A stretch of DNA of 64,000 nucleotides from Clostridia bacterium (GTDB lineage Bacteria > Bacillota > Clostridia > HGM11327): contig JAZQMY010000056.1 in the NCBI GenBank assembly GCA_045627045.1, positions 47,995 to 111,994 on the forward strand. The letters run 5' to 3'. A program made the position numbers and the translations under genes. Within the stretch, counting starts at the first letter, position 1. Each line of letters opens with the position of its first letter. Positions 25,650 to 39,763 of this stretch are shown here, one piece after another. The notes beneath the pieces were generated by a model, which was not told the DNA's origin, did no database searches, and was given only the letters and a program-made list of their open reading frames with translations.

Positions 25650-27227
25650 TTATTCCTGTGTGTCTGAAACGGCGTCAAGCTCGTCCTTTCCTTCAAAGCT
25701 CATAAGGCTGAGCATCTGCTTTGATGTTATAACGCCTTCTTTGTGGAGCTCCATAGCGATTTCATTGTTGTATGTGACCTCGTACGGATTTTTCTTCTGT
25801 GCGTGAACCTTGATATCAAAATCGTATTTTGAATGATCGGAAAATTCCGCAGGATCAAAATAATATGACTGCTTTGCTCCCTTGCCTGTGATTCTTACAA
25901 CACGGGTGTTGTCATAAAACTGTGCAACACGGGAGAGCATCATTTTTACGATTTCGGTGTAGTGATCGTATATTCTGCCGACGATGTTTCTTGTTCGCTT
26001 GCTTGCGGCATTCTGAAGAGCGAGAATGGCACTTGCGGCGGTGATTGATGATGTGGCTTCGCCTCTTGCAAGCTCTGTCTGACCTGAATCCTTCTTGAGC
26101 ATATCAATCATGAACGAGAGATGTTCCTGAACCATGGGCGATATTGAAGCCGGCTGGAACCAGCGGATGCTTCTGTCGGAGATATCGGAGCCTTCGAGAA
26201 CGTCCTCATCCCAATCGGCAAGCTTTTCCTTGGGAATATTGCAGCGTGAGTCCTTGAGAAGACGCATCTTGCCTGACATAAACGAGTTCTTGAGTATGAT
26301 TCTGTCGAGCATATCAATGTATTCCTGCTCGGGCTTGAATACGTCGATCATTCCCATGCCGATAGGTGAATCCTCAAGTTCATAAAGCGGGATCACCACG
26401 AACGGATAAAGACCGTCGGAATAAATGCCTGTCTGAGCAGTCTCTTCGTTTTCCTCGCTCCATTCAAGAAGAACGCCTCCTGCAATTTTGGCCATATGAA
26501 CCACCGTGCTCATTGAGGAGGGATTATACTTCTTGTACCAGCGCTCAATAAGAAGAATCCCGTTTTCACTGTCTGAAATCATTCCGGAGCTCTGAAGCCA
26601 CGGCTTGTCCGAGAATTTATCTGCTTTTTCGGGATAGCGCTCACGGAACCACTCCTTATCGTGAAAGCTGAATCTGAAAACATTTCTTCCGTTCTGGATG
26701 TCGTCATAAGCGGTATCCCAAAGAAAATATCTCATATCGCACGGAGAGACATCAATATCTCCGTAGCCTCCGTAAAGAGAGCTGTTCCAGAAGACGGAGA
26801 AGCAGCAGGCACCGTTCTTCAGGAGACGAAGAGTCTCGCTTCTGTACTTTCCTGCAAAGGAGCATCTCTCAAGAGCTGAATTGACTATTGAGGAGAGCGT
26901 ACCTGCAAGCTCTTCATCCTCCTTGCCGTAGGGGAGAAGCACTGCTTCGGGGTAGTTGTCCATAAGCTCTGAATGAACGTTTTCAATGGAACTGAAGAGA
27001 ACGGGAATGCTCGGATAAGGCTCGTTCGGGAGCTTTTCTTTTGAATGCCAGTGATCGGAACGCCAGAAATTCTCGTTTTCCTTGCATCTGGCACGAAAGC
27101 CGGATGTTTTTTCGTAGTACTGTCTGAACAGTCTTTCGCTTTCGTCGATAAAAGCTTCCCGGACTGCTGTTGTCGGATAAATCATTTTGTATCCTTTCCT
27201 TTCTTTGTTTATAATATCAAACCGCAT
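25650..27227 (-). CDS. Phage portal protein (SPP1 gp6-like)
   Basis: 525 aa, matching portal size, directly downstream of the large terminase with a 1-nt gap. Acidic C-terminus. Confidence 0.6.
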   Translation of the reverse strand: MRFDIINKERKGYKMIYPTTAVREAFIDESERLFRQYYEKTSGFRARCKENENFWRSDHWHSKEKLPNEPYPSIPVLFSSIENVHSELMDNYPEAVLLPYGKEDEELAGTLSSIVNSALERCSFAGKYRSETLRLLKNGACCFSVFWNSSLYGGYGDIDVSPCDMRYFLWDTAYDDIQNGRNVFRFSFHDKEWFRERYPEKADKFSDKPWLQSSGMISDSENGILLIERWYKKYNPSSMSTVVHMAKIAGGVLLEWSEENEETAQTGIYSDGLYPFVVIPLYELEDSPIGMGMIDVFKPEQEYIDMLDRIILKNSFMSGKMRLLKDSRCNIPKEKLADWDEDVLEGSDISDRSIRWFQPASISPMVQEHLSFMIDMLKKDSGQTELARGEATSSITAASAILALQNAASKRTRNIVGRIYDHYTEIVKMMLSRVAQFYDNTRVVRITGKGAKQSYYFDPAEFSDHSKYDFDIKVHAQKKNPYEVTYNNEIAMELHKEGVITSKQMLSLMSFEGKDELDAVSDTQE

Positions 27228-27228
27228 A

Positions 27229-28617
27229 TTATGAAAGCGGATCGAATTCTTTTCGGATGACGGGAGATGGCACGGACTTCGGCTGAGGCCTTATGGGGTG
27301 CGCCATGAACATATATCTCGTTTCATCATAGATGTGGTCTTCACCGTCCGTGTCGATATCCTCGCTGTTGATCCTGCTGTAAACAAGATCCGGAAAAGTA
27401 CGGATGAAATCTTGGCAGGTATTGAAAACGTAGAACATGGGCATACCTGAATTGTCAAATTTAAGTCTGTAATGGACCTGCATTTTGCCGGCAAGTCGTG
27501 CGTTATCGCCTCTTCGGAAATAGACACCGTGGTTTTCCATCTGCCTTGCGATGCTTTCGCCGCGGCTCCCTTCAAATATAGAAGGGTCGGCTATGCCTGT
27601 GACCTCATTTTCACCGTTTTCCCTTTCGATACGGGCTATTTCCTTTGCGATTTCCTCGGGCGGAATGCGGATGCCTTCGTTTGGTGTTCCGCTGCAGCCG
27701 TAGTATTCACGGTAGCGGTAAAGCCTGCCGTCATTATCCTCAGCCCACCATCCGACGGAAAACGGCCTTGAAAAACCGAAATCGAAGCTCCTGTATCTCG
27801 GCCAGCTTGCAGGAATGTCAAATGGCTCGATGACATGAGTGTGCTTCATTGTCAGATAGTTGGCAGGATCGTTTGTCCATTCGGTGAAAACCTGACCTTC
27901 AAATGCATCCCACAGACCGAGAAGGAGCGCCTTGCGGAGCTTTTCGGGCTTTTGCTCAAGCTCAAAGATATAGTCCTTTGTGATATGCGGATTATCTGTC
28001 GCAAGCGCAGGGATATACTGAACTGTACGGACCTCGCTTGTGCCTAGGACGGAGCTTCTGACTTCTTTCCTGTAAACCTTGTACGGCTCACGGCCTTCGA
28101 TGAACATGGCTTTGACCCAACCGTGACCTATGCCGCCCGGATTTGTGGTGCATCTCACAACAGGCTTGATGCAAAGACCTCCCGGAGCACGAAGTCTCGT
28201 TTTCAGATAATCGTAGACATCCTTTTCAAAATGAGTAAGCTCATCAATGAAGAGCCAATGTATTTCAACTCCCTGATATCTTGTGACGTCATTTATTCCG
28301 GAACAGTAGCGAAAATGAAGCGCACTGCCGTTTTTCAGGAGAAAGTCATGCGTTGCGGCCTTGTATTTGCCGAGAACGTCGGGAATTGATGAGAGCGCCT
28401 CACGGATAAGCGTATCACGGAGCTCAGGGTAGCTTCTTCTGAAAAGAAAAGCGTGTGTTTTCGGATGCTCAAGGCATCTTAAAAGAGCTTCCATCACGCA
28501 GGCCTTTGACTTGCCTCCTCCTGCCGCACCGCCGTAAAGAACCTCATCGGCTGTGCTTTTGTGGAAAAGCATCTGCTTTTCTGTGGGAGTATAATTCAGG
28601 TAAACTGTTGTAGACAT
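27229..28617 (-). CDS. terL: Phage terminase large subunit (PBSX/SPP1-like)
   Basis: N-terminal Walker A 'LYGGAAGGGKSKA', Walker-B-like 'LFIDELTHF', and a C-terminal nuclease-like region with acidic residues. Confidence 0.8.
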   Translation of the reverse strand: MSTTVYLNYTPTEKQMLFHKSTADEVLYGGAAGGGKSKACVMEALLRCLEHPKTHAFLFRRSYPELRDTLIREALSSIPDVLGKYKAATHDFLLKNGSALHFRYCSGINDVTRYQGVEIHWLFIDELTHFEKDVYDYLKTRLRAPGGLCIKPVVRCTTNPGGIGHGWVKAMFIEGREPYKVYRKEVRSSVLGTSEVRTVQYIPALATDNPHITKDYIFELEQKPEKLRKALLLGLWDAFEGQVFTEWTNDPANYLTMKHTHVIEPFDIPASWPRYRSFDFGFSRPFSVGWWAEDNDGRLYRYREYYGCSGTPNEGIRIPPEEIAKEIARIERENGENEVTGIADPSIFEGSRGESIARQMENHGVYFRRGDNARLAGKMQVHYRLKFDNSGMPMFYVFNTCQDFIRTFPDLVYSRINSEDIDTDGEDHIYDETRYMFMAHPIRPQPKSVPSPVIRKEFDPLS

Positions 28618-28760
28618 TGTTTGTATTCATCCTTTCTGTATATAATTTAACATTGCGCAAAACTTTTTTGTCCCGAAAAATTATATATAATAAAATATCG
28701 TCCTATTTCTGATGCAAATGGAATATTATTTAGCAAAACAGAGTTGAAAGGATAAAAAAC

Positions 28761-29648
28761 ATGAGAAATTTCAGAATGAAAAAGAGAACAAAGCCAATAT
28801 TTGTGACCAAAGCTGCATTTGTAAACGTTTTACTTTTCACGGGAGTGGCAGTATTCCTTGCGGTGGCAGTGCTTGCGGGAAAAGCCGTCAGCACAGGAAT
28901 GCTTGAAAAGGAAAATGAGAATAAGAACAGTTCGGTGACAGTGAATAAAAGCAAGGACGATGATGTGAACCCTGCGCCGGACAGTACGCCTGAGGCTTCG
29001 GCTGATACAACAGAGAATACTGTCAGACTGATGTTTGATGCACAGAATTATTATGTTATCCAGCTGGGAGCATTTTCAGGCGAAGCAAACGCGAATAAAT
29101 GTGCTTCCTCTATCCGTGCTTCGGGCGGAGCAGGCTTTGTGCGTGAGCAGGAAGGAAAATATTATGTTTATGCGATGTGCTACGCAGATTCCGAGGATGC
29201 AAGGACGGTTTCGGCAAACCTGAAGGCGGAAGGCAGATCTGCGCTCGTGAAGTGCTTCAAAACGGCATCACTTGCGCTTGATATCTCCGGAAGCGAAAAG
29301 TGCGTGGCTGATATAGAATCGGCAATGAGAGGGATCGAGGAGGTTCCTGCGGAGCTTGAGAAACTCATATTCAGCTTTGACAGAGGAGAGTGCGAGAGAA
29401 CTGCTCTCAAGACATCTCTCATGAAGGTGCTTGAAGATGTTGAGACGTACAGAGATGTTTTCGGACTTTACAGGGAGCAGTCAGCATTCTTTGCACAGTC
29501 TGAAAATTATTGCAAGGGAGTCTATGATGATATTGCTTCGGTGCTGAAAGCGGATGATGACACCGCTTTATCGGCTGAACTGAAACATATTTATATAAAT
29601 ACGGTTTTTAATTTTATAGAATATCTTGACAATGCTGACGTTGGGTGA
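28761..29648 (+). CDS. Membrane-anchored SPOR-domain (peptidoglycan-binding) protein
   Basis: N-terminal TM segment, low-complexity linker, then 'YYVIQLGAFSGEANANKCASSIRASGGAGFVREQEGKYYVYAMCYADSEDARTVSANLKAEG', typical of a SPOR fold. Confidence 0.6.
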   Translation: MRNFRMKKRTKPIFVTKAAFVNVLLFTGVAVFLAVAVLAGKAVSTGMLEKENENKNSSVTVNKSKDDDVNPAPDSTPEASADTTENTVRLMFDAQNYYVIQLGAFSGEANANKCASSIRASGGAGFVREQEGKYYVYAMCYADSEDARTVSANLKAEGRSALVKCFKTASLALDISGSEKCVADIESAMRGIEEVPAELEKLIFSFDRGECERTALKTSLMKVLEDVETYRDVFGLYREQSAFFAQSENYCKGVYDDIASVLKADDDTALSAELKHIYINTVFNFIEYLDNADVG

Positions 29649-29708
29649 TAAAATATACAATAGAATAATTTTAAACTAATAAACACAAGATAAGGCAGAT
29701 AAATATAG

Positions 29709-33993
<4,285 letters not shown>

Positions 33994-34023
33994 TTATTTT
34001 TTACTTATGAAAAGGATCCAAAA

Positions 34024-35730
34024 ATGAAAAAGATTATTTCTTTTGTTTTGATTTTAATACTTCTGGTTTTTGCGGCGGGCTGTAAGGGTCCGGAGGAGAC
34101 TCCTTCAGGCAGCGCTGATCCCACGGCAGAGAGCACACCTACTCCTGCACCGACATCAATGATAAATCCGCAAAGAACGCTTTCTCCGCTTCTTACGCCT
34201 ACACCTGTTCCTGAGGAGACTCCTGCACCGACACCTACGCCGGGCTTTTCAGAGTTTTCAATATTCACTCTTGACCAGGGAACGGGAACTTATGCATACG
34301 CCTGGACAAAGGAATGTCCTGTAACATCAGATTCGATTCCTTCGGGCACGAGAAGTGCTGAAGTCAGCGCAATACAGAACAGATTGAACAACTTCGGATT
34401 CTATTTCGGTACTGCTTCGGGCGTACTCAACAATGCGACGATGACGGCGGTGAACGAATTCAGAAAGATGAATGGACTTGAAGCCGAAACAAGCATTTCA
34501 AGAGAAACGATAGATCTTCTTTTTTCTTCCGAAGGCATCAAGGCAATGACGATAGAAGAGCTTGCCATCGAGCCGGGCTCACTTGACGGTTTGACGGTAT
34601 TCGTTGATGCAGGACACGGCGCAAGTGCAACAGGTACTGCGAAGAACTCTCTTGTGGAGAAGGATTGCGTTATCGAGATCGCATACAGACTTAAATCGAT
34701 CCTTGAGGCTGCAGGCGCAAGAGTTATAATGACAAGAAAGGACGACTCTGATATCTCTCTTACTTACAGATCTGCGCTCACAAATGTCACAATGCTCAAT
34801 GACCTCATTGCACAAGACAGAAACAATATTCTCACCATCCGTGAAAAGACACAGACTATAAAAGCGTATGCAGACTACACACTTGAAGAGCTCAGCGCTG
34901 AAATAAAGGAGCTTAACGAACGTACGAACAGACTCTATTCCGAATACATTCAGGCAAAGGCAAACCTCGACGAGGCACTTGCCGGATACGGAAGCAATTC
35001 GGATGAGTACAGAGCGGCAGAGAGAAAAGTCAGTGAGCTCAAAGAAGAGGGCTCCCGCATAAACGAGAAAAAGACTAGCATTTCGCAGATTTATTATTAT
35101 CTGGAAATGGGCGTTGAACTGGACACGTTCATTTCGGAATATGAAAATCAGGTAATTGAGACAGAAAAGGACATAGAGCTTCTTGAATACTATGTTTCCC
35201 TCTTTGAACCGTGCCTTGAATCACCTTCAACCGAAAATGCAGGTATATATCACAGAATCCTTGACGATAACGGCATCAAGATAATCGATCAGGAGCTTTC
35301 GGCTGTACTTGATCTGACAAATGAAAGATGCACCGGAAAGTACGTTTTCATATCCGTTCACGTTAACGGCGTTGACAATGCGGATTATGTAAACGGTACC
35401 GAAATATACACACGTTCTGTAAATAAGTATAATACGGCATACGGAATCAACCGCAGCTATTATTACAATTATTGTGCAACAGAGAGAAATGCCCTTGCAG
35501 AGGCTTTGCAGGAGGCATCAATGTCTGTTGACCCGCTTTCCACGGGAAAAGCGGCAAAGGTAAAGGACTCTGACCTTTTTGTACTCAGAGAAATAAACAT
35601 TCCTTGCATTCTGCTTGAAACAGGCTATGTAACGAATGAATATGACAGAGTTACTCTTATGAATCCTGCAACGAAATATAAGTTTGCATATATGATATAT
35701 GAGGGTCTGAACTCATTTTATAACAAATGA
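34024..35730 (+). CDS. Lipoprotein N-acetylmuramoyl-L-alanine amidase (Amidase_3) with a PG-binding domain and a long coiled-coil insertion splitting the catalytic domain
   Basis: Lipobox 'FAAGC', P/T-rich linker, PG_binding_1-like 'AEVSAIQNRLNNFGFYFGTASGVLNNATMTAVNEFRK', and Amidase_3 blocks 'VFVDAGHGA' and 'FISVHVNG' separated by about 200 aa of heptad-like sequence. Confidence 0.65.
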   Translation: MKKIISFVLILILLVFAAGCKGPEETPSGSADPTAESTPTPAPTSMINPQRTLSPLLTPTPVPEETPAPTPTPGFSEFSIFTLDQGTGTYAYAWTKECPVTSDSIPSGTRSAEVSAIQNRLNNFGFYFGTASGVLNNATMTAVNEFRKMNGLEAETSISRETIDLLFSSEGIKAMTIEELAIEPGSLDGLTVFVDAGHGASATGTAKNSLVEKDCVIEIAYRLKSILEAAGARVIMTRKDDSDISLTYRSALTNVTMLNDLIAQDRNNILTIREKTQTIKAYADYTLEELSAEIKELNERTNRLYSEYIQAKANLDEALAGYGSNSDEYRAAERKVSELKEEGSRINEKKTSISQIYYYLEMGVELDTFISEYENQVIETEKDIELLEYYVSLFEPCLESPSTENAGIYHRILDDNGIKIIDQELSAVLDLTNERCTGKYVFISVHVNGVDNADYVNGTEIYTRSVNKYNTAYGINRSYYYNYCATERNALAEALQEASMSVDPLSTGKAAKVKDSDLFVLREINIPCILLETGYVTNEYDRVTLMNPATKYKFAYMIYEGLNSFYNK

Positions 35731-35752
35731 AAACAGAAAGAATCGGTAAAAA

Positions 35753-37615
35753 ATGTTACTTGAAAAGATAACTTCCCCGGCAGACGTCAAGCTTCTGACC
35801 GTTAAAGAAATGGAACAGCTCGCATCTGAAATCCGTGCTGAGCTCATGAGGACAGTCCCCGTCACGGGAGGACACCTTGCGGCAAATCTCGGAGTTGTGG
35901 AGCTGACCATTGCGATGGTTTATGTTTTTGATGTTCCGGAGGATAAGATCGTCTGGGATGTCGGACATCAGTCATATGTATACAAGATGCTCACCGGCAG
36001 AAAGGACAGAATGCAGACCATGCGCCAGCTGAATGGTCTGAGCGGATTCCCGAAGCCGTGTGAGAGTGAATATGATTCATTCGGAACGGGACACAGCTCC
36101 ACGGCTATTTCTGCAGCACTCGGCATGGCTGTTGCAAGGGACCTCGACCATAAGAATTACAAGGTTGCGGCGGTGGTGGGCGACGGCTCCATGACGGGAG
36201 GTCTCTCGTTTGAGGGCCTCAACAACTGCGGTCAGATACATACGCCTATGATGATAGTGCTAAATGACAACGGAATGTCAATATCGAGAAACGTCGGTGC
36301 ATTGAGCAACTATCTCTCAAAGATAAGATCCTCCAGAAGATATGCGGCGACAAAGGATACTGTCAAAAGCGGCCTTTCAAAGATACCTGTCATAGGCAGA
36401 GTAATAGCAGTAATACTTGAAAAGACCAAGAAGTTCATAAAGGCACTCCTTGTTCCGAACGTTCTCTTCGAACAGCTGAATATCACATATGTCGGAACTG
36501 TCGACGGGCACAACATTAAAAAGCTCATCAGATTATTTGAAGATGCAAAGAACTATGATTCACCTGTCCTTGTTCACGTCAAGACGGTTAAGGGCAAGGG
36601 AATAGATTACATAGAAAAGCACCCTGAGAAATTCCATTCCGTTTCCGAGAACTGCGTTATGAAGGATATTGCGAATCAGACATTTGACGAGCAGTATATC
36701 CCGACATCATACTCGCTTATGCTCGGCAAAAAGCTTTCGGAGCTTGCGGAAAACAACGATAAGATAGTCGCACTTACGGCGGCTATGGCAGAGGGAACTG
36801 GTCTGCTTGAATTTTCTCAGAAGCACGGCGACCGCTTTTTCGATGTCGGAATTGCGGAGCAGCATGAGGTGACATTTGCGGCAGGACTTGCCATCAGCGG
36901 AAAAAAGCCGTTTGTGGCAGTGTATTCTTCATTCCTCCAGAGAGGCTATGACCAACTCATTCACGATGTGGCGATTCAGGATCTTCCTGTTGTATTCTGC
37001 ATTGACAGAGCAGGAATCACTGGCAGAGACGGAGAAACGCATAACGGACAGTTTGATCTTGCGATGCTTCTTGCGGTTCCCGGAATGACTGTATTTGCAC
37101 CGTCCTCACTGAATGAATTCTCATTGGTGATTGATTACGCTTCCACTGCAAAGGGTCCTGTTGCAATCAGATACGGAAAAGGCAAGCCACATGAGCATGA
37201 GCTTGTTGTTTCGGATGATCCGCTTTTGTGGAATTGCTCATTGCAGGACGGCACGGAGACTGTTGCCATATTCGCAACAGGAACAATGGTGGAAAAGGCA
37301 CTTTCTGCAAAGGCGATGCTGAAGGCAAAGGGCATTCAGGCAGTTGTAATAAATATGCTTTCCGTAAAGCCGCTTGACTATGCTATGCTCGACAGAATGA
37401 GCGGAATAAAGAAGTGGATCACGGCAGAGGATGGCTCAATAAACGGCGGTGTCGGCTCATACATAGCATCTTATGCATCCGGAAAGGGCTTTGACGTGAC
37501 CGTAAGGCACATAGGAATACCTGACGAATTCCCGAGACATGGCAGCATTGATGAGATACTTGAGCTTTGCAGGATGCGTGCAGAGGATATAGTTTCATTG
37601 GCAGAGGAAATGTGA
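35753..37615 (+). CDS. dxs: 1-deoxy-D-xylulose-5-phosphate synthase
   Basis: 'GGHLAANLGVVELTIAMVYVFDVPEDKIVWDVGHQSYVYKMLTGR' and TPP-binding 'GDGSMTGG'. Confidence 0.9.
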   Translation: MLLEKITSPADVKLLTVKEMEQLASEIRAELMRTVPVTGGHLAANLGVVELTIAMVYVFDVPEDKIVWDVGHQSYVYKMLTGRKDRMQTMRQLNGLSGFPKPCESEYDSFGTGHSSTAISAALGMAVARDLDHKNYKVAAVVGDGSMTGGLSFEGLNNCGQIHTPMMIVLNDNGMSISRNVGALSNYLSKIRSSRRYAATKDTVKSGLSKIPVIGRVIAVILEKTKKFIKALLVPNVLFEQLNITYVGTVDGHNIKKLIRLFEDAKNYDSPVLVHVKTVKGKGIDYIEKHPEKFHSVSENCVMKDIANQTFDEQYIPTSYSLMLGKKLSELAENNDKIVALTAAMAEGTGLLEFSQKHGDRFFDVGIAEQHEVTFAAGLAISGKKPFVAVYSSFLQRGYDQLIHDVAIQDLPVVFCIDRAGITGRDGETHNGQFDLAMLLAVPGMTVFAPSSLNEFSLVIDYASTAKGPVAIRYGKGKPHEHELVVSDDPLLWNCSLQDGTETVAIFATGTMVEKALSAKAMLKAKGIQAVVINMLSVKPLDYAMLDRMSGIKKWITAEDGSINGGVGSYIASYASGKGFDVTVRHIGIPDEFPRHGSIDEILELCRMRAEDIVSLAEEM

Positions 37616-37616
37616 T

Positions 37617-38441
37617 ATGACTTCAAGACTTGATATACTGCTTTCCTCAAAAGGCCTCGCAAAGTCAAGAGAGAATGCAAAAAGATTGATTGAATCGGGA
37701 AAGGTCAGGGTAAATTCGGAAATCGTGACCAAGGCTTCAAGATCGGTCGATGAAAATGCCGTTATTGAGGTCGAAAAAGAAAAATACGTCAGCAGAGGCG
37801 GCTTCAAGCTTGAAAAGGCGCTGGACACATTCGGAATTGACGTATCGGGAAAGACAATGCTCGACTGCGGTGCCTCGACAGGTGGATTTACGGATTGCCT
37901 GCTCCAGAACGGTGCAGAGAAGGTTTATGCCGTTGATGTAGGCACATCACAGCTTGATGAAAGCCTCAGAAATGATTCGAGAGTCGTTTCAATAGAAAAT
38001 ACAAATATCAGATACCTTGAAAAAACAGACTGGCTCGGTAACATTGAGGGCGTTGTGGCGGATGTCTCTTTCATTTCGCTCAGGCTGATACTTGAAAGAC
38101 TGTTTGTAACTGTTCCGGAAAGTGCGTTTTATGTCTGCCTTGTGAAGCCGCAATTTGAAGCAGGAAAGGAAAACCTGAATAAGAACGGCATCGTGAAGGA
38201 TAAGAAGGTCCATCTGGCGGTTCTGAAGAATATGGTCAGCTTTGTGGAGGAGAATGGCTATAATGTCAAGGGAATAACTTCCTCTCCGATAAAGGGCGGC
38301 GACGGAAACGCAGAATATCTTATTTATTTTGACAAATCTGAAAAAATCGTGTATAATATACATAATGCGCAAATTTTTACGTCTATCAATGCGGCGGTGG
38401 AAAGCCAGTTCGCAGAAAGGGAAAACCATGGTAAGAAATAA
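37617..38441 (+). CDS. tlyA: TlyA-family rRNA 2'-O-methyltransferase (hemolysin A-like)
   Basis: S4 domain 'RLDILLSSKGLAKSRENAKRLIESGKVRVN' and FtsJ-like MTase 'LDCGASTGGFTDCLLQNGA'. Confidence 0.85.
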   Translation: MTSRLDILLSSKGLAKSRENAKRLIESGKVRVNSEIVTKASRSVDENAVIEVEKEKYVSRGGFKLEKALDTFGIDVSGKTMLDCGASTGGFTDCLLQNGAEKVYAVDVGTSQLDESLRNDSRVVSIENTNIRYLEKTDWLGNIEGVVADVSFISLRLILERLFVTVPESAFYVCLVKPQFEAGKENLNKNGIVKDKKVHLAVLKNMVSFVEENGYNVKGITSSPIKGGDGNAEYLIYFDKSEKIVYNIHNAQIFTSINAAVESQFAERENHGKK

Positions 38442-39240
38442 CGGCGTAATTGGCGTTTTTGCCAACAGAAAAAAGGATCCTGACGGTAAATATACCGGAT
38501 ACATTACGGAGCTTCTCGAGAAGAACTCAATGGCTTACAGAGTCATCGGGAATGTGGCAGAGGATTTATCCGATATTGACTTCCTGATTGTTCTCGGAGG
38601 CGACGGAACGATCCTTTCCGTGGTAAGGCATATTTCCGATATCGGCATTCCGCTTTTCAGCGTGAATATCGGTACGCTCGGATTTCTTTCCGAGGTGGAG
38701 ATAAGCGAATTCGAGGGCGCTCTTCCGAAGCTTGCAAAGAATAAGGGCAGGATAGAGGAAAGGCTCATGATAGAGGCTGATTGCGGCGGTGAAAAGCACA
38801 CGGCAGTGAATGAATTCTCCGTCATGAAGGAGAACAGGCAGAAAATGGTGCATGTTTCGGTTTATATTAACGGAGACATGGCAGGAAAATTTGATGCCGA
38901 CGGACTCCTCGTTTCAACGCCGACGGGCGCATCGGCATATTCGCTTTCCGCAGGCGGCCCGATAGTTTATCCGAATACGAATTGTCTGCTCATCACGCCT
39001 GTTTGTCCGCACTCTATCGCCACAAGACCGATAGTTGTGAATGCGGATGACGTTATAACGATCCGTTCAAACAGCGGAGATGTTATTCTGGCAACGGATT
39101 GGCAGGATCAGGCTTCATATGGCGCAGACACTGAAATAGTGATAAAGAAATCCGCAAAGACGGCAAAATTCTATAAACTGAATGAGCACGGATTCTTTGA
39201 TAAAATGAGAGAAAAATTGATTTATAATATAAATCGCTGA
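38428..39240 (+). CDS. nadK: NAD+ kinase (start at internal ATG 38428; ORF-track start 38329 is likely too early)
   Basis: 'GGDGTILSV' and 'NIGTLGFL' motifs. 270 aa from 38428. Overlaps the tlyA 3' end by 14 nt. Confidence 0.85.
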   Translation: MVRNNGVIGVFANRKKDPDGKYTGYITELLEKNSMAYRVIGNVAEDLSDIDFLIVLGGDGTILSVVRHISDIGIPLFSVNIGTLGFLSEVEISEFEGALPKLAKNKGRIEERLMIEADCGGEKHTAVNEFSVMKENRQKMVHVSVYINGDMAGKFDADGLLVSTPTGASAYSLSAGGPIVYPNTNCLLITPVCPHSIATRPIVVNADDVITIRSNSGDVILATDWQDQASYGADTEIVIKKSAKTAKFYKLNEHGFFDKMREKLIYNINR

Positions 39241-39287
39241 TAATGATGTCGGCAAAAAGGAAAATACAAATCACCAGGAGAAAAAGA

Positions 39288-39737
39288 ATGAAAAACAAAA
39301 GACACACCTACATACTTGACATTATCAACAATAAAGTCATTCAAACGCAGGAAGAATTGGTTGCCGGTCTGAAGGAGGCAGGCTTTGATTGCACACAGGG
39401 AACGATTTCCCGTGACATCAGAGAGCTTCGCCTTGTAAAGGTTCTCGATGAATCAGGCGTTTACAAGTATGCTCAGCCGAAGGAGAGCGGCTCATATATT
39501 GAGCGTCTCAAGGAAGTATTTGCACAGTCTGTTCTTTCCATCGTTCCCGCAGGAAACCTTGTAATAATCAAAACTATTCCTGCCGGTGCGGTTGGTGCTG
39601 CAAGTGCTGTAGATACTTTGGATCTGCCTGATGTCCTCGGATGCATCGCAGGAGATGATACGATCTTCATTGCGGTTGTGGATGATGAGAAGGCACAGTC
39701 AGTATCAAAGAAGCTTTCGGAAATGGCAAGACTCTGA
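39288..39737 (+). CDS. argR: Arginine repressor
   Basis: N-terminal wHTH 'QEELVAGLKEAGFDCTQGTISRDIRELRLVKV'. C-terminal 'GDDTIFI' arginine-binding region. 149 aa from ATG 39288. Confidence 0.85.
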   Translation: MKNKRHTYILDIINNKVIQTQEELVAGLKEAGFDCTQGTISRDIRELRLVKVLDESGVYKYAQPKESGSYIERLKEVFAQSVLSIVPAGNLVIIKTIPAGAVGAASAVDTLDLPDVLGCIAGDDTIFIAVVDDEKAQSVSKKLSEMARL

Positions 39738-39763
39738 TTCTGGAATAACGGAGAATAAATAAT

